Below, one piece after another: positions 47,923 through 58,577 of a DNA stretch of 64,000 nucleotides; the first letter of the stretch is position 1, and each line of letters begins with the position of its first letter. Under the pieces are notes generated by a model. It was not told the DNA's origin. It saw only the letters and a program-made list of their open reading frames with translations, and made no database searches. The DNA lies in the NCBI GenBank assembly GCA_036677365.1, contig JAVBWN010000030.1, positions 32,001 through 96,000 of the forward strand, read 5' to 3'. The position numbers were made by a program, and so were the translations under genes. The stretch comes from Acholeplasma sp. Lineage in GTDB: Bacteria > Bacillota_I > Bacilli_A > Acholeplasmatales > UBA5453.

Positions 47923-48453
47923 ATGTCATACAAAGCCTATAATGATTATGAACTAATTTATATGGTTCAAGATCAACAGGACATGATGGCTTTAGACATA
48001 CTGTTTACTAAATACGACAAGTTCATACACAAGAAAATCAGCCAGTTCTATATCTTTGATAGTGAACGGGATGATTTTTATCAAGAAGGCTTGATTAGCC
48101 TGCATAAGGCAATCATGTCATTCAAAGACACGTATAATAAAACGTTCATGCGGTATTTCGAAACCGTCTTAGAACGCAAATTCATCAATTTGAATCAAAA
48201 ACGGAAAAGGTATCATCAAGAGATGGATCATTTGGTCAATGAAGCCAAATATATGCCAATTTGTGTTGAAGAAACCCCACCCGAACATTACCAAAAACAA
48301 GTGTTCAAATCCGCTCTAGAAGAGGCGATCTATGACGCCTATTTTAGAGAAAACCAAAAGATTCCCTCGATTGCGAGAACGTATCAACTTGACCCAAAGC
48401 AAGTTTATAACGCTATTTATCGGATTAAGAAAAAGCTAACACAAACACCCTAA
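47923..48453 (+). CDS. SigH/ComX-like alternative sigma factor
   Basis: DDFYQEG.I.LHKAI..F region 2; C-terminal HTH KQVYNAIYRIKKKL; sigH syntenic position. Confidence 0.85.
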   Translation: MSYKAYNDYELIYMVQDQQDMMALDILFTKYDKFIHKKISQFYIFDSERDDFYQEGLISLHKAIMSFKDTYNKTFMRYFETVLERKFINLNQKRKRYHQEMDHLVNEAKYMPICVEETPPEHYQKQVFKSALEEAIYDAYFRENQKIPSIARTYQLDPKQVYNAIYRIKKKLTQTP

Positions 48454-48529
48454 ATGGTGTATAATATATTGACTAAGGTGATGTGTCATGTTAAAATACA
48501 TGTGCACTAACCACAGAGGTGGTTTTTTT

Positions 48530-48679
48530 ATGCGAGAAAAAGTGATTTTAATTTGTGAGGAATGTTTAAGTCGTAATTACCAAACGACCAAGAATAAAGC
48601 CGTTCAAAAAGAACGTCTTGAAATCAAGAAGTTTTGTGTGAAGTGTAACAAACATACCCTACATAAAGAAAGTAAATAG
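48530..48679 (+). CDS. rpmG: 50S ribosomal protein L33 (zinc-ribbon form)
   Basis: [22 protein letters not shown]; promoter TTGACT-17-TAAAAT (48469-48497). Confidence 0.96.
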   Translation: MREKVILICEECLSRNYQTTKNKAVQKERLEIKKFCVKCNKHTLHKESK

Positions 48680-48691
48680 GAGGCTATTATT

Positions 48692-49102
48692 ATGGCAGTC
48701 AAACAAAAAGCTACAGAACAAAAGAGTAAGTTAATTGAAGTATTGACCACTGAGTACAGATGGGAAAATTTACTACTTGGTATTCTAGCGTCTTTATCCC
48801 TAGCATTATCCATTATGATTTTAAGTGGTATTTTAACCACAGAAGATGGTCCAATCCCACTGATTTCAGACTATCCTAATTTATTTGCAGGTATTTTATT
48901 GGGTATTTCCATCATTGGTTTGTTACTCGTCATCTATCCATTCTTCGTACCAGCTGTACCAGAATTGAAGAAAATGTCTTGGCCAACTTGGGCAGTCTAT
49001 TTAGATGCGAGCGTACGTGTACTCATTTTCGTTATTTTCTTCGCAGCGCTGTTCTTCGGCTTCGACTTACTCATCGCTAATATTACAGGGAACTTATTCT
49101 AA
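48692..49102 (+). CDS. secE: Preprotein translocase subunit SecE (3-TM form)
   Basis: ELKKMSWPT motif + TM; position between rpmG and nusG. Confidence 0.88.
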   Translation: MAVKQKATEQKSKLIEVLTTEYRWENLLLGILASLSLALSIMILSGILTTEDGPIPLISDYPNLFAGILLGISIIGLLLVIYPFFVPAVPELKKMSWPTWAVYLDASVRVLIFVIFFAALFFGFDLLIANITGNLF

Positions 49103-49644
49103 TGGTAGATCCGCGTCGCTGGTATATCGTGCAAACCTATTCCGGTTACGAATCGTCTGTCAAGGAAGACCTTGAGCGTCGTATCGAATCGATGGGGATG
49201 CAAAACCTAATTTTTAGAGTGGTTTTGCCTGAAGAAACTTATATTGAAAAAGATAAGAATGGCAATCCAAAAGAGAAAGTTAGAAAGATGTTTCCAGGGT
49301 ATGTCTTTGTTGAAATGATCATCACAGACGATTCTTGGCACGTCATTCGTAATACACCAAAAGTAACAGGCTTCTTAGGGTCTTCTGGTGGTCGTACCAA
49401 ACCAGTACCACTCCCACAAGATGAAATCAATGCCATCCTACTTAAGGTGGGCATCATTGAAAAGCCAACATTCAAACACCCAATTGGGTCTACTGTCAAC
49501 ATCATTGCAGGTCCATTTACAGGCCAATCCGGTCAGGTGGTTTCCTTTGACAACGACAAAGAAACCGTCACCATTTCCATTGAAATTTTCGGTCGTGGTA
49601 CCCCAACAGAGTTATCATTCGATCAAGTCGAAAATCAAAAGTGA
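49102..49644 (+). CDS. nusG: Transcription termination/antitermination factor
   Basis: WYIVQTYSGYE, FPGYVFVEM, RNTPKVTGF, KOW GPF.G, IFGR.TP. Confidence 0.97.
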   Translation: MVDPRRWYIVQTYSGYESSVKEDLERRIESMGMQNLIFRVVLPEETYIEKDKNGNPKEKVRKMFPGYVFVEMIITDDSWHVIRNTPKVTGFLGSSGGRTKPVPLPQDEINAILLKVGIIEKPTFKHPIGSTVNIIAGPFTGQSGQVVSFDNDKETVTISIEIFGRGTPTELSFDQVENQK

Positions 49645-49666
49645 GTCCTCGCAGACTCACTTTTTT
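49637..49666. terminator. Bidirectional intrinsic terminator
   Basis: AAAAGTGAGTC-ctcgca-GACTCACTTTT-TT between convergent genes. Confidence 0.85.
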
Positions 49667-50499
49667 ATATTTAATATGACACCATCAGGATCTTGGGTAT
49701 TAATGACACCTGAATTGTAGACATACGGTACGTTCAAAGCGGTTAAACCTTGAATGATATTCTCTAGATTTTCATCGGTTCCTACCGCATAAGTCACATC
49801 CACCAAGCCAACAGAATCTGCCCTGGCTTGGATGGGTTTAGCCCAGGTATTTAAAGCCAGATGGTGGTGGTATTGTTTTGAAGATAAAAAGTGTGCACTA
49901 TGGACATTTAAGATCAAATCATAGCCAAATACTTTTTGGTAAAATTCAGAACTCTTTTTTAAATTCATGGTATGTTGGTGCATGTGTCCGAGTATGGTTT
50001 TTGGATCTATCTTATTAAACTGTGTTGGATTCGCACGAAGGTAATAATCATAATCAAAAGGTTGGTTTTCAATCTTTTCTGGATGGGTATCGATGTCTTT
50101 CCAATAGGTAGGGTCGGTATCCACATATAATTCAATGCCATTACCATCCGGGTCATCTAAATAAAGCGCGTCCGATATCCCATGATTCGCACCACCGGTA
50201 ATCGGGTATTTGTTTTTCGCGATATGGTACACCAACTGAGCAAGGGCTTGTTTGTTCGGTAATAAATAAGCGACATGATATAACCCTTGAACGGGCTGTC
50301 TTGGTGAAGCGTTTAAATCAATCAACGTCTTCAAAATAATATCCTTACCATTAATGGTATAATAAATGTGGTTATCGGTCTCTTCGTAGACTGAAAAGCC
50401 TAAGATTTCAGTATAAAAAAATTTAGATTTATCGACATTACGAATTTTTAATGACAGCGATACAGGATGAATCGCGTCTCCGATATGGTATTTACTCAT
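49657..50499 (-). CDS. VOC-family protein, CatE-like ring-cleaving dioxygenase
   Basis: GLYHVAYLLP, NHGISDALYLDDPDGNGIELY, LGHMH, YHHHLALNTW. Confidence 0.88.
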   Translation of the reverse strand: MSKYHIGDAIHPVSLSLKIRNVDKSKFFYTEILGFSVYEETDNHIYYTINGKDIILKTLIDLNASPRQPVQGLYHVAYLLPNKQALAQLVYHIAKNKYPITGGANHGISDALYLDDPDGNGIELYVDTDPTYWKDIDTHPEKIENQPFDYDYYLRANPTQFNKIDPKTILGHMHQHTMNLKKSSEFYQKVFGYDLILNVHSAHFLSSKQYHHHLALNTWAKPIQARADSVGLVDVTYAVGTDENLENIIQGLTALNVPYVYNSGVINTQDPDGVILNIKK

Positions 50500-50573
50500 A
50501 ATCTATCACCTCTGATGGTTATACTATATCATTTCGAATTCGAAATAAAAAGCGATTTGCTTGAAGGAGCTAT

Positions 50574-50963
50574 ATGAAGACACTGGCTATGATTGATTTA
50601 CTCAAAACATATGAAGAACTCCAAGGATTAAAACCGATGCGCATCGGTGTTTTACCCAACGATGGTTTGATTATTCCAGGATTTCCTGAGGCGTTATTGA
50701 CGTTTGATTTAGATACATTCACAATTTATACATTCGAAGGACTCATCCAATTGACTTACGAGCATCAAAAATATGCATTTGCTTATAGTGAAATCAAAGA
50801 GATTGAAATGGGTAAATACAACTTCAAAGATCGTTACCTTAAAATCACCTTTAAAGACGATAGGTACGTGGCGTTCAGTTATCATTTGAAAGACAAGAAA
50901 TACCCTGAACAAGCCACTTTAGTAGAAGCATTTTTACATAAACTAGAGTCACTCGCAAATTAG
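50574..50963 (+). CDS. Hypothetical protein (possible PH-like fold)
   Basis: AAGGAG RBS; beta-rich F.YSEIKEIEM...LKITFKD with C-terminal helix. Confidence 0.7.
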   Translation: MKTLAMIDLLKTYEELQGLKPMRIGVLPNDGLIIPGFPEALLTFDLDTFTIYTFEGLIQLTYEHQKYAFAYSEIKEIEMGKYNFKDRYLKITFKDDRYVAFSYHLKDKKYPEQATLVEAFLHKLESLAN

Positions 50964-50976
50964 TTTTCATTTTCGG

Positions 50977-51005
50977 TTGACATTATTACTATGTAATGAT
51001 AAAAT
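50977..51005 (+). promoter_or_regulatory. rplK promoter
   Basis: TTGACA-17-TAAAAT with TG extension. Confidence 0.8.
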
Positions 51006-51031
51006 AACAAGGCGTGTATGGATACACCGTA

Positions 51032-51065
51032 GTGGAAGGATTGCAAAAGCAAATCCGCTGACCAC
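51032..51065 (+). promoter_or_regulatory. Probable L1-binding leader site before rplK
   Basis: GTGGAAGGAT...ATCCGCTGACCAC stem with asymmetric internal loop. Confidence 0.7.
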
Positions 51066-51095
51066 ATACTCATAGGATAAAGGAGGTTGTGTCAC

Positions 51096-51521
51096 ATGGC
51101 TAAAAAAGTAGTCAAAGTTGTCAAATTGCAAATTGCAGCAGGTAAGGCGAATCCAGCCCCACCAGTAGGACCAGCACTTGGTCAAGCAGGGGTTAATATT
51201 CCTCAATTCTGCACCCAATTCAACGAAGCAACGAAAGACAAAGTCGGTTATGTTATTCCGGTAGTGATTTCAGTATTTGATGATCGTTCATTTACATTTG
51301 TAACAAAAACACCACCAGCAAGCGACTTAATCAAGAAAGCAGCAAATATTCAAAGCGGCTCTAAAAATGCATTAAAACAAAAAGTTGGTTCGATTAAACG
51401 TGATAAGTTGAAAGAATTAGCAACATTGAAGATGCCAGATTTGAATGCCTACACAGTTGAAGCAGCAATGAAGATTCTTGAAGGAACTGCAAGACAAATG
51501 GGCGTTACCATCGAAGACTAA
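51096..51521 (+). CDS. rplK: 50S ribosomal protein L11
   Basis: [33 protein letters not shown]. Confidence 0.98.
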   Translation: MAKKVVKVVKLQIAAGKANPAPPVGPALGQAGVNIPQFCTQFNEATKDKVGYVIPVVISVFDDRSFTFVTKTPPASDLIKKAANIQSGSKNALKQKVGSIKRDKLKELATLKMPDLNAYTVEAAMKILEGTARQMGVTIED

Positions 51522-51564
51522 TTCGGTGGCAGTACCAAAATAATTTAGATATCATCATCTAAAT

Positions 51565-51591
51565 TGTGGGAGGATATCCCGCTAGACCACA
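51565..51591 (+). promoter_or_regulatory. Probable L1-binding site before rplA
   Basis: TGTGGGAGGATATCCCGCTAGACCACA, same architecture as 51032-51065. Confidence 0.7.
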
Positions 51592-51608
51592 TTTTAGGAG
51601 GAAACCAT

Positions 51609-52301
51609 ATGAAGAGAGGAAAAAAATACGTCGAAGCTGCGAAGTTAGTTGACAAAACTAAGAAATATGCAGTAGCTGAGGCGTTCGATTTGGTTGGTAA
51701 AACATCAACTACTAAGTTTGATGCAACTGTCGAAATTGCTTTTCGCTTAAACATTGACCCACGTAAGGCTGAACAAAATCTACGTGGAGCGATCGTTTTA
51801 CCTCATGGAACCGGAAAAACCCAACGCGTTGTTGTAATTGCACGCGGTGAAAAAGCTAAAGAAGCTCTTGCAGCTGGCGCAGATTTTGCAGGCGACACTC
51901 AATTGATTCAACAAATAGCTGGTGGCTGGTTTGAATTCGATGTCATGGTTGCGACACCAGATATGATGGCTGAACTTGGTAAATTAGGTAGAGTATTGGG
52001 TCCGAAAGGCCTTATGCCAAACCCTAAGACAGGTACAGTTACATTGGACGTAACTAAGGCAGTTAAAGAAATCAAGAATGGTAAAATTGAGTACCGTGTT
52101 GATAAGGTTGGTAACATTCAAGCGCCAATCGGTAAAGTATCATTCGGTGCTGAAAAGTTAGCAGATAACGCAAAGACAATTTATCAAGTATTAAATCGTA
52201 TTAAACCAACGACCGTTAAGGGTGTATACATGAAGAACATCACTGTATCATCTACAATGGGACCTGGCATCCGTCTTGATGAAGAATCATTAAGAGGATA
52301 A
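51609..52301 (+). CDS. rplA: 50S ribosomal protein L1
   Basis: [34 protein letters not shown]. Confidence 0.98.
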   Translation: MKRGKKYVEAAKLVDKTKKYAVAEAFDLVGKTSTTKFDATVEIAFRLNIDPRKAEQNLRGAIVLPHGTGKTQRVVVIARGEKAKEALAAGADFAGDTQLIQQIAGGWFEFDVMVATPDMMAELGKLGRVLGPKGLMPNPKTGTVTLDVTKAVKEIKNGKIEYRVDKVGNIQAPIGKVSFGAEKLADNAKTIYQVLNRIKPTTVKGVYMKNITVSSTMGPGIRLDEESLRG

Positions 52302-52320
52302 TTACTTAAAAATCTAATAT

Positions 52321-52417
52321 CGCCAAAGACAGTAGGTGCCATTGAGCTTAATTTCCTACCGAGGATATAATGTTGTATTTTAACCCTCTTTTGTCTTGGC
52401 AAAGAGGGTTTATTTTT
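52321..52417 (+). ncRNA. L10 leader (ribosomal-protein attenuator)
   Basis: CCAAAGACAGTAGG...TTAATTTCCTACCGAGG core, then terminator AACCCTCTTT...AAAGAGGGTT-TATTTTT before rplJ. Confidence 0.9.
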
Positions 52418-52441
52418 AGAAAAAAACAAGGAGGAAACCAG

Positions 52442-52942
52442 ATGAACAGTTCTATTTTAGAACGCAAGAAGAGTCAAGTCGAATTACTGGTTGGCAGAAT
52501 CCAAGAAGCAAAAACGATCGTTGCGTTTGATTATGCCGGACTATCTGTAAAAGACTTTACTGACTTACGTATCCAATTACGTAAAGCTGGTTGCGACGCA
52601 CAAGTATTTAAAAACAATATCGCGCGTCGTGCCGTTGAAGTAACTGGTCACGCTGAACTTGCAGAACATTTCGTTGGAGCTAAAGCAATCGCTTTCTCAA
52701 ACGATGACGTTGTTGCACCAGCGCGCGTTATTTTCGAATTCGCAAAGAAAAATGAACATGTTTCCATGAAGGCTGGTATCATCGAAGGCAAATCTGCATC
52801 CTTAAAGGACTTAAATGCACTTGCTACATTACCATCTTATGAAACATTGTTAACCCAACTCGCTGCAGGTATGTTAATGCCTCTACGCGAATTAGCAGTC
52901 GGTTTAAACATGATTGCAAACCCAGAAACAGCCAACGCATAA
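52442..52942 (+). CDS. rplJ: 50S ribosomal protein L10
   Basis: DYAGLSV....LR, VFKNN, LATLPS. Confidence 0.97.
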   Translation: MNSSILERKKSQVELLVGRIQEAKTIVAFDYAGLSVKDFTDLRIQLRKAGCDAQVFKNNIARRAVEVTGHAELAEHFVGAKAIAFSNDDVVAPARVIFEFAKKNEHVSMKAGIIEGKSASLKDLNALATLPSYETLLTQLAAGMLMPLRELAVGLNMIANPETANA

Positions 52943-52970
52943 CACTAAACTAATAAAGGAGAATATTATC

Positions 52971-53342
52971 ATGGCAAAATTAACAAAACAAGCTTTCATC
53001 GAAGCATTAAAAGAAATGTCAATTCTTGAAATCAAAGAATTAGTTGACGGATTAAAAGAAGCATTCGGTATCGACCCTACAGCAGTTTCCGCAGCAGCAC
53101 CAGCAGCAGCTGCAGCAGTCGTTGAAGAACAAACAGAATTCAACGTCGTTCTTAAGTCTTTCGGCGCTAAGAAACTTGAAGTTATCAAAGTTGTTCGTGA
53201 ATTAACTGGTCTTGGACTCGTTGAAGCGAAGACTTTAACTGAAACTCCAAACAGCATCGTTAAAGAAAAAGTGAAGAAAGAAGACGCTCAAGCAGCTAAA
53301 GAAAAACTAGTTGCAGCCGGCGCAGAAGTTGAAATTAAGTAA
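52971..53342 (+). CDS. rplL: 50S ribosomal protein L7/L12
   Basis: Ala-rich hinge, EEQTEFNV, VIKVVRELTGLGL.EAK. Confidence 0.98.
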   Translation: MAKLTKQAFIEALKEMSILEIKELVDGLKEAFGIDPTAVSAAAPAAAAAVVEEQTEFNVVLKSFGAKKLEVIKVVRELTGLGLVEAKTLTETPNSIVKEKVKKEDAQAAKEKLVAAGAEVEIK

Positions 53343-53357
53343 TTAACCCAACTTTTT

Positions 53358-53382
53358 AAACCAGAGGATGACTCTGGTTTTT
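53358..53382 (+). terminator. Intrinsic terminator
   Basis: AAACCAGAG-gatga-CTCTGGTTT-TT. Confidence 0.8.
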
Positions 53383-53405
53383 CGCTTTACAACTGAGGAT
53401 ATTGA

Positions 53406-54005
53406 ATGAGTGGACAATACTTTGAAAACAATCCAGATTTAAAACACGACATCCACGAGTACAGTTTGTCAATGAACGGAAAAACTTTCCGTTTTTTGAC
53501 TGACAGTGGCGTATTTTCGCGTAACTATTTTGATTTTGGATCCAAAACTTTGGTGGAATTATTCAAACCGTTTGAAGGTTCAAAATCATTTTTAGACTTG
53601 GGTTGTGGGTACGGTCCGATTGGGACCATCGTCAAAAAAACCTTTCCTGAACTATCGGTAACACTCTCGGATGTGAACCCAAGAGCTGTTGACTTAGCGA
53701 AACAAAACTTATTAAAAAATGATGTTTCCGCAACCGTTATTTTAAGCGATGGTTTTAATGATATTAACAGTTCGTTTGATATCATCTTACTAAATCCGCC
53801 GATTCGTGCTGGGAAACAAACCGTATTTAACCTTTACATCGAGAGTTACGAACACCTCAATCACCAAGGCGAATTATGGATTGTTATACAAAAAAAACAA
53901 GGTGCAGAATCGAGTTTAAAGTTTCTAAAAGAACACTTTCAAATGGTTGAAATAGTTGATAAAAATAAAGGGTATTTCATCATTCGAAATAAAAAAATCT
54001 GTTAA
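53406..54005 (+). CDS. Class I SAM methyltransferase (YbxB/RsmC-like)
   Basis: TDSGVFS, LDLGCGYG, NPPIRAGK, QKKQGA; position between rplL and rpoB. Confidence 0.92.
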   Translation: MSGQYFENNPDLKHDIHEYSLSMNGKTFRFLTDSGVFSRNYFDFGSKTLVELFKPFEGSKSFLDLGCGYGPIGTIVKKTFPELSVTLSDVNPRAVDLAKQNLLKNDVSATVILSDGFNDINSSFDIILLNPPIRAGKQTVFNLYIESYEHLNHQGELWIVIQKKQGAESSLKFLKEHFQMVEIVDKNKGYFIIRNKKIC

Positions 54006-54011
54006 ATGTTA

Positions 54012-54040
54012 TTGACATATATTAATATATGTGATAATAT
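54012..54040 (+). promoter_or_regulatory. rpoBC promoter
   Basis: TTGACA-17-TAATAT with TG extension. Confidence 0.75.
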
Positions 54041-54116
54041 TGTAAAATGCATAAAGACGGGCCTTATATATAAATATATAACCGTTTTACCCCAAAAAAG
54101 ATAGGAGAGTGGCTAT

Positions 54117-57100
54117 ATGGGATATCGTACAGTGCAGTACGGTAAGAAAGCAGTTAGACGCAACTACTCTAAAATGCGTCATGAGATTGAATTGCCAGAT
54201 TTGATCGAGTTACAGACCAAATCATTCGACTGGTTTGTGAATGAAGGGTTAGCAAAATTATTTGAGGACATCTCACCGATCGAATCATATAATGGCGATT
54301 TCAAACTGTACTTTACTAACCACCGTTTTGAAGAACCGAAATACGACATCGTGCAATCGAAAATTCGTGACACCAGTTATTCAAGACCTTTATTTGTTAC
54401 AGTAAGACTTGAAAACGTGATCCAAGGGACCGTTATTGAAAAACAACTATTCATGGGTGATTTCCAGTATATGACACCTGTGGGTACTTTTATCATTAAT
54501 GGTGCTGAACGTGTCGTTGTTTCACAAATTGTCAGATCTGCGGGTGTATATTTCACCAGTGATTTCGACAAAAAGACCAACACTCACCGATATCTATCCC
54601 AAGTTATCCCGACCAGAGGTGCTTGGCTTGAATACGAAATGGGTGCCAAGAACATTTTCTATGGCAAACTAGACAGAAGTAAAAAGGTATCCTTAACCTC
54701 ACTCTTACAAGCATTCGGTTTTGATGGTATCGAAGAAATTAAAAAGCTGTTCCCTACCTACAAGAAGATGTTAGATGAAACCTTCAAGAAGGACGAAAAG
54801 GAAGGCATTTTAAGCTCCGACACGGCCATCGAAGACTTATATTCTAAGCTCAGACAAGGTGAAAAAATCCCTGTGTCCGCGGCAAAAGAATTCGTTCGTA
54901 CCCGTTTATTTGATTCAAGACGTTACGATCTAGAAGAAGTTGGACGTTACAAATTCAAACAAAAGCTGGACATCACACAACGCTTAATGACCATCGCACA
55001 AGGCATTACTGCGCCAAACCAACCAGCGGTTTATAAGTATGCACAAGATGTCATTGACCCTGTGACAAAAGCGGTATTGGTCTCTAAAGATCAAATCGTT
55101 GATGTGGCTTCCGTTGAATTACTCAGCCAACACAGAGATGCATTACGCAAAGTCGTATTATCGAAAGAGTCCAGTCTCCAAAATGAATCCGAAAACGAAG
55201 TGTTCGGTATCAAGACCTCAGACTTATTCGAACAATACGCTAAAGACGACATTTTATACATCCCTGCGGATGCGAAAGAAGCCGGTCTTCTTGTTCCAGC
55301 CAGAACCAAGATTACCCCAGAAATTCGCAACCTCATCTACAAAAACAGAAATAACCTCGTCTTCCAAAAGAAGGACGTCAATGGCAATACTGTGGTTGAA
55401 AAAGACGCTTCTAAAGCGAAATTACTTGTCGACCTCTACGGCAAAATCGACGGCATTTTCCCAATCGAATATGATAGAGAAATTGTGGTTGAACAAAACA
55501 TCGTGAACCTGTTGACCGGTGAAGTCATCGTTGAAGCAGGCACCAAACTCACCCCTGAAGTTAGACAAACGCTACTCGTCAACAGAGAAGGCTTGAACTA
55601 CGCTTCATTGAGATACCTCCGTACATTCATTGACCATGACATCTTGCTTGCGGATGATTCCGTACTCTTCTATGAAGGTACCGAAGTCACCGACGAAGTG
55701 TATTTCCAAATTTATGAAAACAAGCAAAACCTTAAATCCCTTGAGGACTTAAAATACGCCACTGTTTATGCGAAACAAGACATCGATATCCTTGAGGATT
55801 ATCGTAAACATGAATCGGTTGAAAGTCAAAGAGACCATAAACCAATCATCTATTGTGGCTATGAAATCACTGAAGAAAACTTACTTGAACTCCAAATCAA
55901 CCGTAACAAGTTGGATGAAAATGTCATTAAGTATTTCTTGGTTGCTGGTAAGAAGGGCGAATTCTATCGTAAGGAATCACAACGTCGTGCTACCTTCGTA
56001 GAAGTGGTTCAAATCAAAGCAGCGAAAGATTCGAAAGACGATAAAGACATCATTGAACTCATCGGTCACGATTCCCGTGAAACGAGACTACACATCACTG
56101 TATCTGACATCATCGCTTCGATTTCCTATTACTTAAATCTTTATGATGGCGTCGGTAAGATCGATGATATCGACCACTTATCCAACCGTCGTTTAAGATT
56201 GATTGGGGAATTATTGAAGAACCAATTCAGAATCGGTTTGGCGAAACTTGAAAAGAACATCAAAGACAAGATGTCGACAGCCGATGCGAAGGAAGCTTCG
56301 TTACAATCTTTAATCAACATCAAACCGTTGACTGCTTCGTTGAAAGAATTCTTCGGCAGCTCTCAATTGTCACAATTCATGGATCAAATTAACCCACTCG
56401 CTGAGTTAACTCAAAAACGTAGAGTTTCCGCTTTAGGTACAGGTGGTCTTGCGAGAGACCGCGCTGGGGTAGAAGTTCGTGACGTTCATGAGTCTCACTA
56501 TGGCCGTATTTGTCCAATTGAAACCCCAGAAGGTCCATCGATCGGTCTGATCTCATCCTTAGCAAGCTATGCGAAAGTCGACCAATATGGATTCATTCAA
56601 ACCCCATACTTAAAAGTGGATAAGTCAGACCCTGAACATCCATTTGTAACTTCAGAATATGTCTACTTTACCGCAGGTGAAGAAGAACATCACATCATCG
56701 CATCTGCCGACTCTCAAACCGATGAGTTTGGTCATTTCAAGACCGAAACTGTCATCGGACGTTTCATGGGAGAAACACGTTCTTACCCATCGAAGAAAGT
56801 CGATTTCATGGACGTTTCACCTAAACAAATCGTTTCGGTTGCGACCTCATCCATCCCATTCCTAGAACACGATGACGCCTCCCGTGCCTTGATGGGCGCG
56901 AACATGCAACGTCAAGCCGTACCACTGCTTGTACCAGATTCACCAATCGTAGGTACAGGTATTGAATACCGTTCCGCCAAGGACTCCGGTAGTGCGATTG
57001 TAGCGCATGTTGACGGTGTTGTTACTTACGCCGATGCGAGAAAAATTGTCATCGCCGTTAAACCAGAAGCATCGATTAAGACCACCAGAGGTAAACTTGT

Positions 57101-58574
57101 ATATGACAAGGATGCTGAATTCAACTGGGAAGCTTATGACCAAATTCGTCAAGCTAAAATGACCGATTTGTTGCGCTTTGAAACTTACACACTCACACAA
57201 TTCTTACGCTCTAACCAAGATACCTCCATCCTTCAAAAACCAATCGTTCAAATTGGTGAAAAGATTGAAAAAGGTGATGTCATCGCCGATGGTCCATCGA
57301 TCAATAAAGGTGAACTTGCGCTTGGTAGAAACGTCGTGGTCGCGTTCATGACCTGGGAAGGTTATAACTACGAAGACGCCGTCATCATGAGTGAAGATTT
57401 GGTTAAAAACGACGTGTATACTTCAATCCATATCGATGAACACCAAGTGGAATCTCGCGATACCAAATTAGGTAAAGAAGAGATCACCAGAGAAATTCCA
57501 AACGTATCTCCAGATGCGCTTAAATTCCTAGACGACCGTGGGGTTGTGATCCCAGGGACTGAAGTCAAAGAAGGCGACATCCTAGTAGGTAAGATTACAC
57601 CTAAAGGACAAACCGAACCGACCCCAGAGGAAAAACTCCTTCAAGCCATTTTCAATGAAAAGGCGAGAGAAGTGAGAGATACTTCCTTGAAAGTACCTCA
57701 TGGCGGTGGTGGTATTGTTCATTCCATCCAATATTTCAGCAAAGGCAACGGCGATGAACTTGGGCCTGGCGTCAATGAAGTGATCCGTGTTTATATCGTG
57801 AAAAAACGCAAAATCTCCGAAGGGGATAAGATGGCGGGACGTCACGGTAATAAAGGGGTTATCTCGAAGATTCTACCAAGAGAAGACATGCCTTACATGG
57901 CAGACGGTACACCGGTTGACATCATGTTAAACCCACTTGGGGTACCATCTCGTATGAATATCGGACAAGTCTTAGAAATCCATTTAGGTATGGCAGCTAA
58001 GAAACTTGGCATCAAAGTTGCGACACCAGTCTTTGACGGTTTAACCCAAAAAGACTTAGAAGAAGTCATGGCAGAAGCAGGCATGTCTCCAGATGGCAAA
58101 CAAGTACTCTATGATGGACGTACGGGTGAACCTTATGAAAACAAAGTATCTGTAGGTGTCATGTACATGATCAAACTTTCACACATGGTTGACGATAAGC
58201 TCCATGCGCGTTCTGTCGGTCCTTACACTTTAGTTACCCAACAACCAATGGGTGGTAAAGCTCAAAACGGGGGACAACGTTTCGGGGAAATGGAAGTTTG
58301 GGCACTCTATGCTTATGGTGCAGCACATACCCTTAAAGAAATTCTTACCGTTAAGTCAGATGACATCATCGGACGTAACAAAGTATACCGTGCGATTACC
58401 GATGGTAAACCAATCCCAGATTCACACATTCCAGAATCCTTCCGCGTATTGACCAGAGAATTACAATCCTTGGGTCTTTATGTCGAATTAATCGATGCTG
58501 AAACGGGCGAAAATGAGGTTAACAAGTCATTGGTCGATCAATCCAATCCATTCGAACGTAAAGGGGGATTCTAA
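54117..58574 (+). CDS. rpoB: RNA polymerase beta subunit with large repeat insertion
   Basis: [50 protein letters not shown]. Confidence 0.99.
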   Translation: MGYRTVQYGKKAVRRNYSKMRHEIELPDLIELQTKSFDWFVNEGLAKLFEDISPIESYNGDFKLYFTNHRFEEPKYDIVQSKIRDTSYSRPLFVTVRLENVIQGTVIEKQLFMGDFQYMTPVGTFIINGAERVVVSQIVRSAGVYFTSDFDKKTNTHRYLSQVIPTRGAWLEYEMGAKNIFYGKLDRSKKVSLTSLLQAFGFDGIEEIKKLFPTYKKMLDETFKKDEKEGILSSDTAIEDLYSKLRQGEKIPVSAAKEFVRTRLFDSRRYDLEEVGRYKFKQKLDITQRLMTIAQGITAPNQPAVYKYAQDVIDPVTKAVLVSKDQIVDVASVELLSQHRDALRKVVLSKESSLQNESENEVFGIKTSDLFEQYAKDDILYIPADAKEAGLLVPARTKITPEIRNLIYKNRNNLVFQKKDVNGNTVVEKDASKAKLLVDLYGKIDGIFPIEYDREIVVEQNIVNLLTGEVIVEAGTKLTPEVRQTLLVNREGLNYASLRYLRTFIDHDILLADDSVLFYEGTEVTDEVYFQIYENKQNLKSLEDLKYATVYAKQDIDILEDYRKHESVESQRDHKPIIYCGYEITEENLLELQINRNKLDENVIKYFLVAGKKGEFYRKESQRRATFVEVVQIKAAKDSKDDKDIIELIGHDSRETRLHITVSDIIASISYYLNLYDGVGKIDDIDHLSNRRLRLIGELLKNQFRIGLAKLEKNIKDKMSTADAKEASLQSLINIKPLTASLKEFFGSSQLSQFMDQINPLAELTQKRRVSALGTGGLARDRAGVEVRDVHESHYGRICPIETPEGPSIGLISSLASYAKVDQYGFIQTPYLKVDKSDPEHPFVTSEYVYFTAGEEEHHIIASADSQTDEFGHFKTETVIGRFMGETRSYPSKKVDFMDVSPKQIVSVATSSIPFLEHDDASRALMGANMQRQAVPLLVPDSPIVGTGIEYRSAKDSGSAIVAHVDGVVTYADARKIVIAVKPEASIKTTRGKLVYDKDAEFNWEAYDQIRQAKMTDLLRFETYTLTQFLRSNQDTSILQKPIVQIGEKIEKGDVIADGPSINKGELALGRNVVVAFMTWEGYNYEDAVIMSEDLVKNDVYTSIHIDEHQVESRDTKLGKEEITREIPNVSPDALKFLDDRGVVIPGTEVKEGDILVGKITPKGQTEPTPEEKLLQAIFNEKAREVRDTSLKVPHGGGGIVHSIQYFSKGNGDELGPGVNEVIRVYIVKKRKISEGDKMAGRHGNKGVISKILPREDMPYMADGTPVDIMLNPLGVPSRMNIGQVLEIHLGMAAKKLGIKVATPVFDGLTQKDLEEVMAEAGMSPDGKQVLYDGRTGEPYENKVSVGVMYMIKLSHMVDDKLHARSVGPYTLVTQQPMGGKAQNGGQRFGEMEVWALYAYGAAHTLKEILTVKSDDIIGRNKVYRAITDGKPIPDSHIPESFRVLTRELQSLGLYVELIDAETGENEVNKSLVDQSNPFERKGGF

Positions 58575-58577
58575 TAT

